A DNA stretch of 64,000 nt from Hypanus sabinus (taxonomy: Eukaryota): contig NC_082719.1 in NCBI RefSeq assembly GCF_030144855.1, forward strand, positions 54,932,001-54,996,000, read 5' to 3'. The notes under the pieces were generated by a model. The model worked only from the letters and a program-made list of their open reading frames with translations, was not told the origin of the DNA and ran no database searches. Positions 47,574 through 64,000 of the stretch are shown here, in pieces. Numbering within the stretch: the first letter of the stretch is position 1; each line of letters starts with the position of its first letter. The position numbers and the translations under genes were made by a program.

Positions 47574-48506
47574 CAAAAATATACAAGCTAACTGGAACTT
47601 TGTAACCTCTGTAACCTTTGTAAAAGATTTCTACAGTCAGTGCCTGGCATACTATACCAGCAATTAAAATCTGGAAAATTACAGAGCAAAAATACAAACC
47701 ATCACATGACCAAATATACTGTAACCAGTCAATTGAATTGTTTTTTTAAAACAAAAACAGCTTTGTAGTTCACTTTTAAAGCAAACAAATAATTAAATTT
47801 TAAACTAAATTTACATAAATCCCAATCTTAAAAGCATCCAACCATTGAGGTTGGTTACTTATAATGAAAACCTTAAATAATAGAACAATTATAATTGCAT
47901 AGCACAGGGATACATTCTAGTTTTTTGTATTTGTAAAATACAATTAAAGGAATCCTAGTGACACATACACATTGTTTGCACGTTGGGATAATAAACCACT
48001 GACATCTTATTTTCTGTTTTCTTGCTTCCTTTACCAACTTGTGAAAGAAACAAGGAACAAATCCAGCCCAGGTTCATCCTTTTTGACTACTGAACAATGG
48101 CGATGGCATCGATGGATGGTTCTTGTGGTCAAGTTAACTGCAGATGAAAGGAAGTAGTCTGACAAATAACAGAGGCTTGCCTTTGCATTGAGCCACCACT
48201 TAAGATTGAGATACCAACAAGTCTTAAATATCCATTCAAATCATAATCAATTTTTAAATTTATAACTATATTGCTGAGTTTAGAACAAACCCACAGTACT
48301 TAATTCACTTTAGCAGTATCCAAATGATCAGCATAACTTCTAAAACAATGCAAATACAAAAAAAAATCTGAAATCTCTTCCAAAATGGTTTATTTACAAC
48401 CTTTCTTGGCTAAAAATAAATGAGTTTCTTCCTTCCGTTTTTGAACTATACAAAAGTAGCAGTTCATATAAATTAGCAGATCTTTTAATAAAGTCCATTT
48501 GGTTTT

Positions 48507-63749
<15,243 letters not shown>

Positions 63750-64000
63750 CTAAAGAGAAATAATATTTATGAAAAATAAGCCATCTTTCCTTGCACTTGT
63801 GCTTTAATATCAACAATTTAATTTCATTTACTCTTTCCGTCACATAATATTTGAAATGCAACTTAATGCTAAGTTTACTAATCTAATCCGAGTTTTCAAG
63901 AGATGCTTTCTGTGCAGCATTGGTACCTCATGCATAAACGATAGGCAGTGGTTTGTTACACAGTAAACATTGTGCACTTCCATTGAAAGCTGTGCATTAT

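Overview
This is eukaryotic vertebrate DNA: AT-rich, with GT-AG introns and dense CR1, Penelope, Rex1, L1, hAT, Tc1, Tigger and Harbinger relics. The repeat repertoire suggests a cartilaginous fish, probably a ray (inference). It holds the head-to-head purine-biosynthesis pair PPAT (minus strand, first three coding exons, continuing off the left edge) and PAICS (plus strand, 9 coding exons, 15458-29177, intact 423-aa ORF), which share a CpG-island bidirectional promoter. A ~22.5-kb segment (~6692-29190: most of PPAT intron 1, PPAT exon 1, the promoter and all of PAICS) has been tandemly duplicated. The second copy (~29191-44720) lost the CpG promoter and ATG exon, gained an LTR-like element with a TATA box and a strong splice donor, and has a broken exon 3, but keeps exons 2 and 4-9 open with intact splice sites. 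Skipping the broken exon would give a 321-aa ORF with a new 29-aa basic amphipathic N-terminus fused to the AIR-carboxylase-containing part of PAICS (hypothesis). A full-length COX6B1 processed pseudogene with TSDs sits 19 nt after the second copy's stop codon, and the duplication junction of copy 1 falls inside that same target-site sequence, so the intact PAICS has lost its native 3' UTR. The right part holds the last five exons of a LONRF1-like gene (minus strand) with a full-length 6.1-kb L1 (15-bp TSD, intact ORF1, disabled ORF2) in an intron. Identities are judged by eye; no database searches were run.
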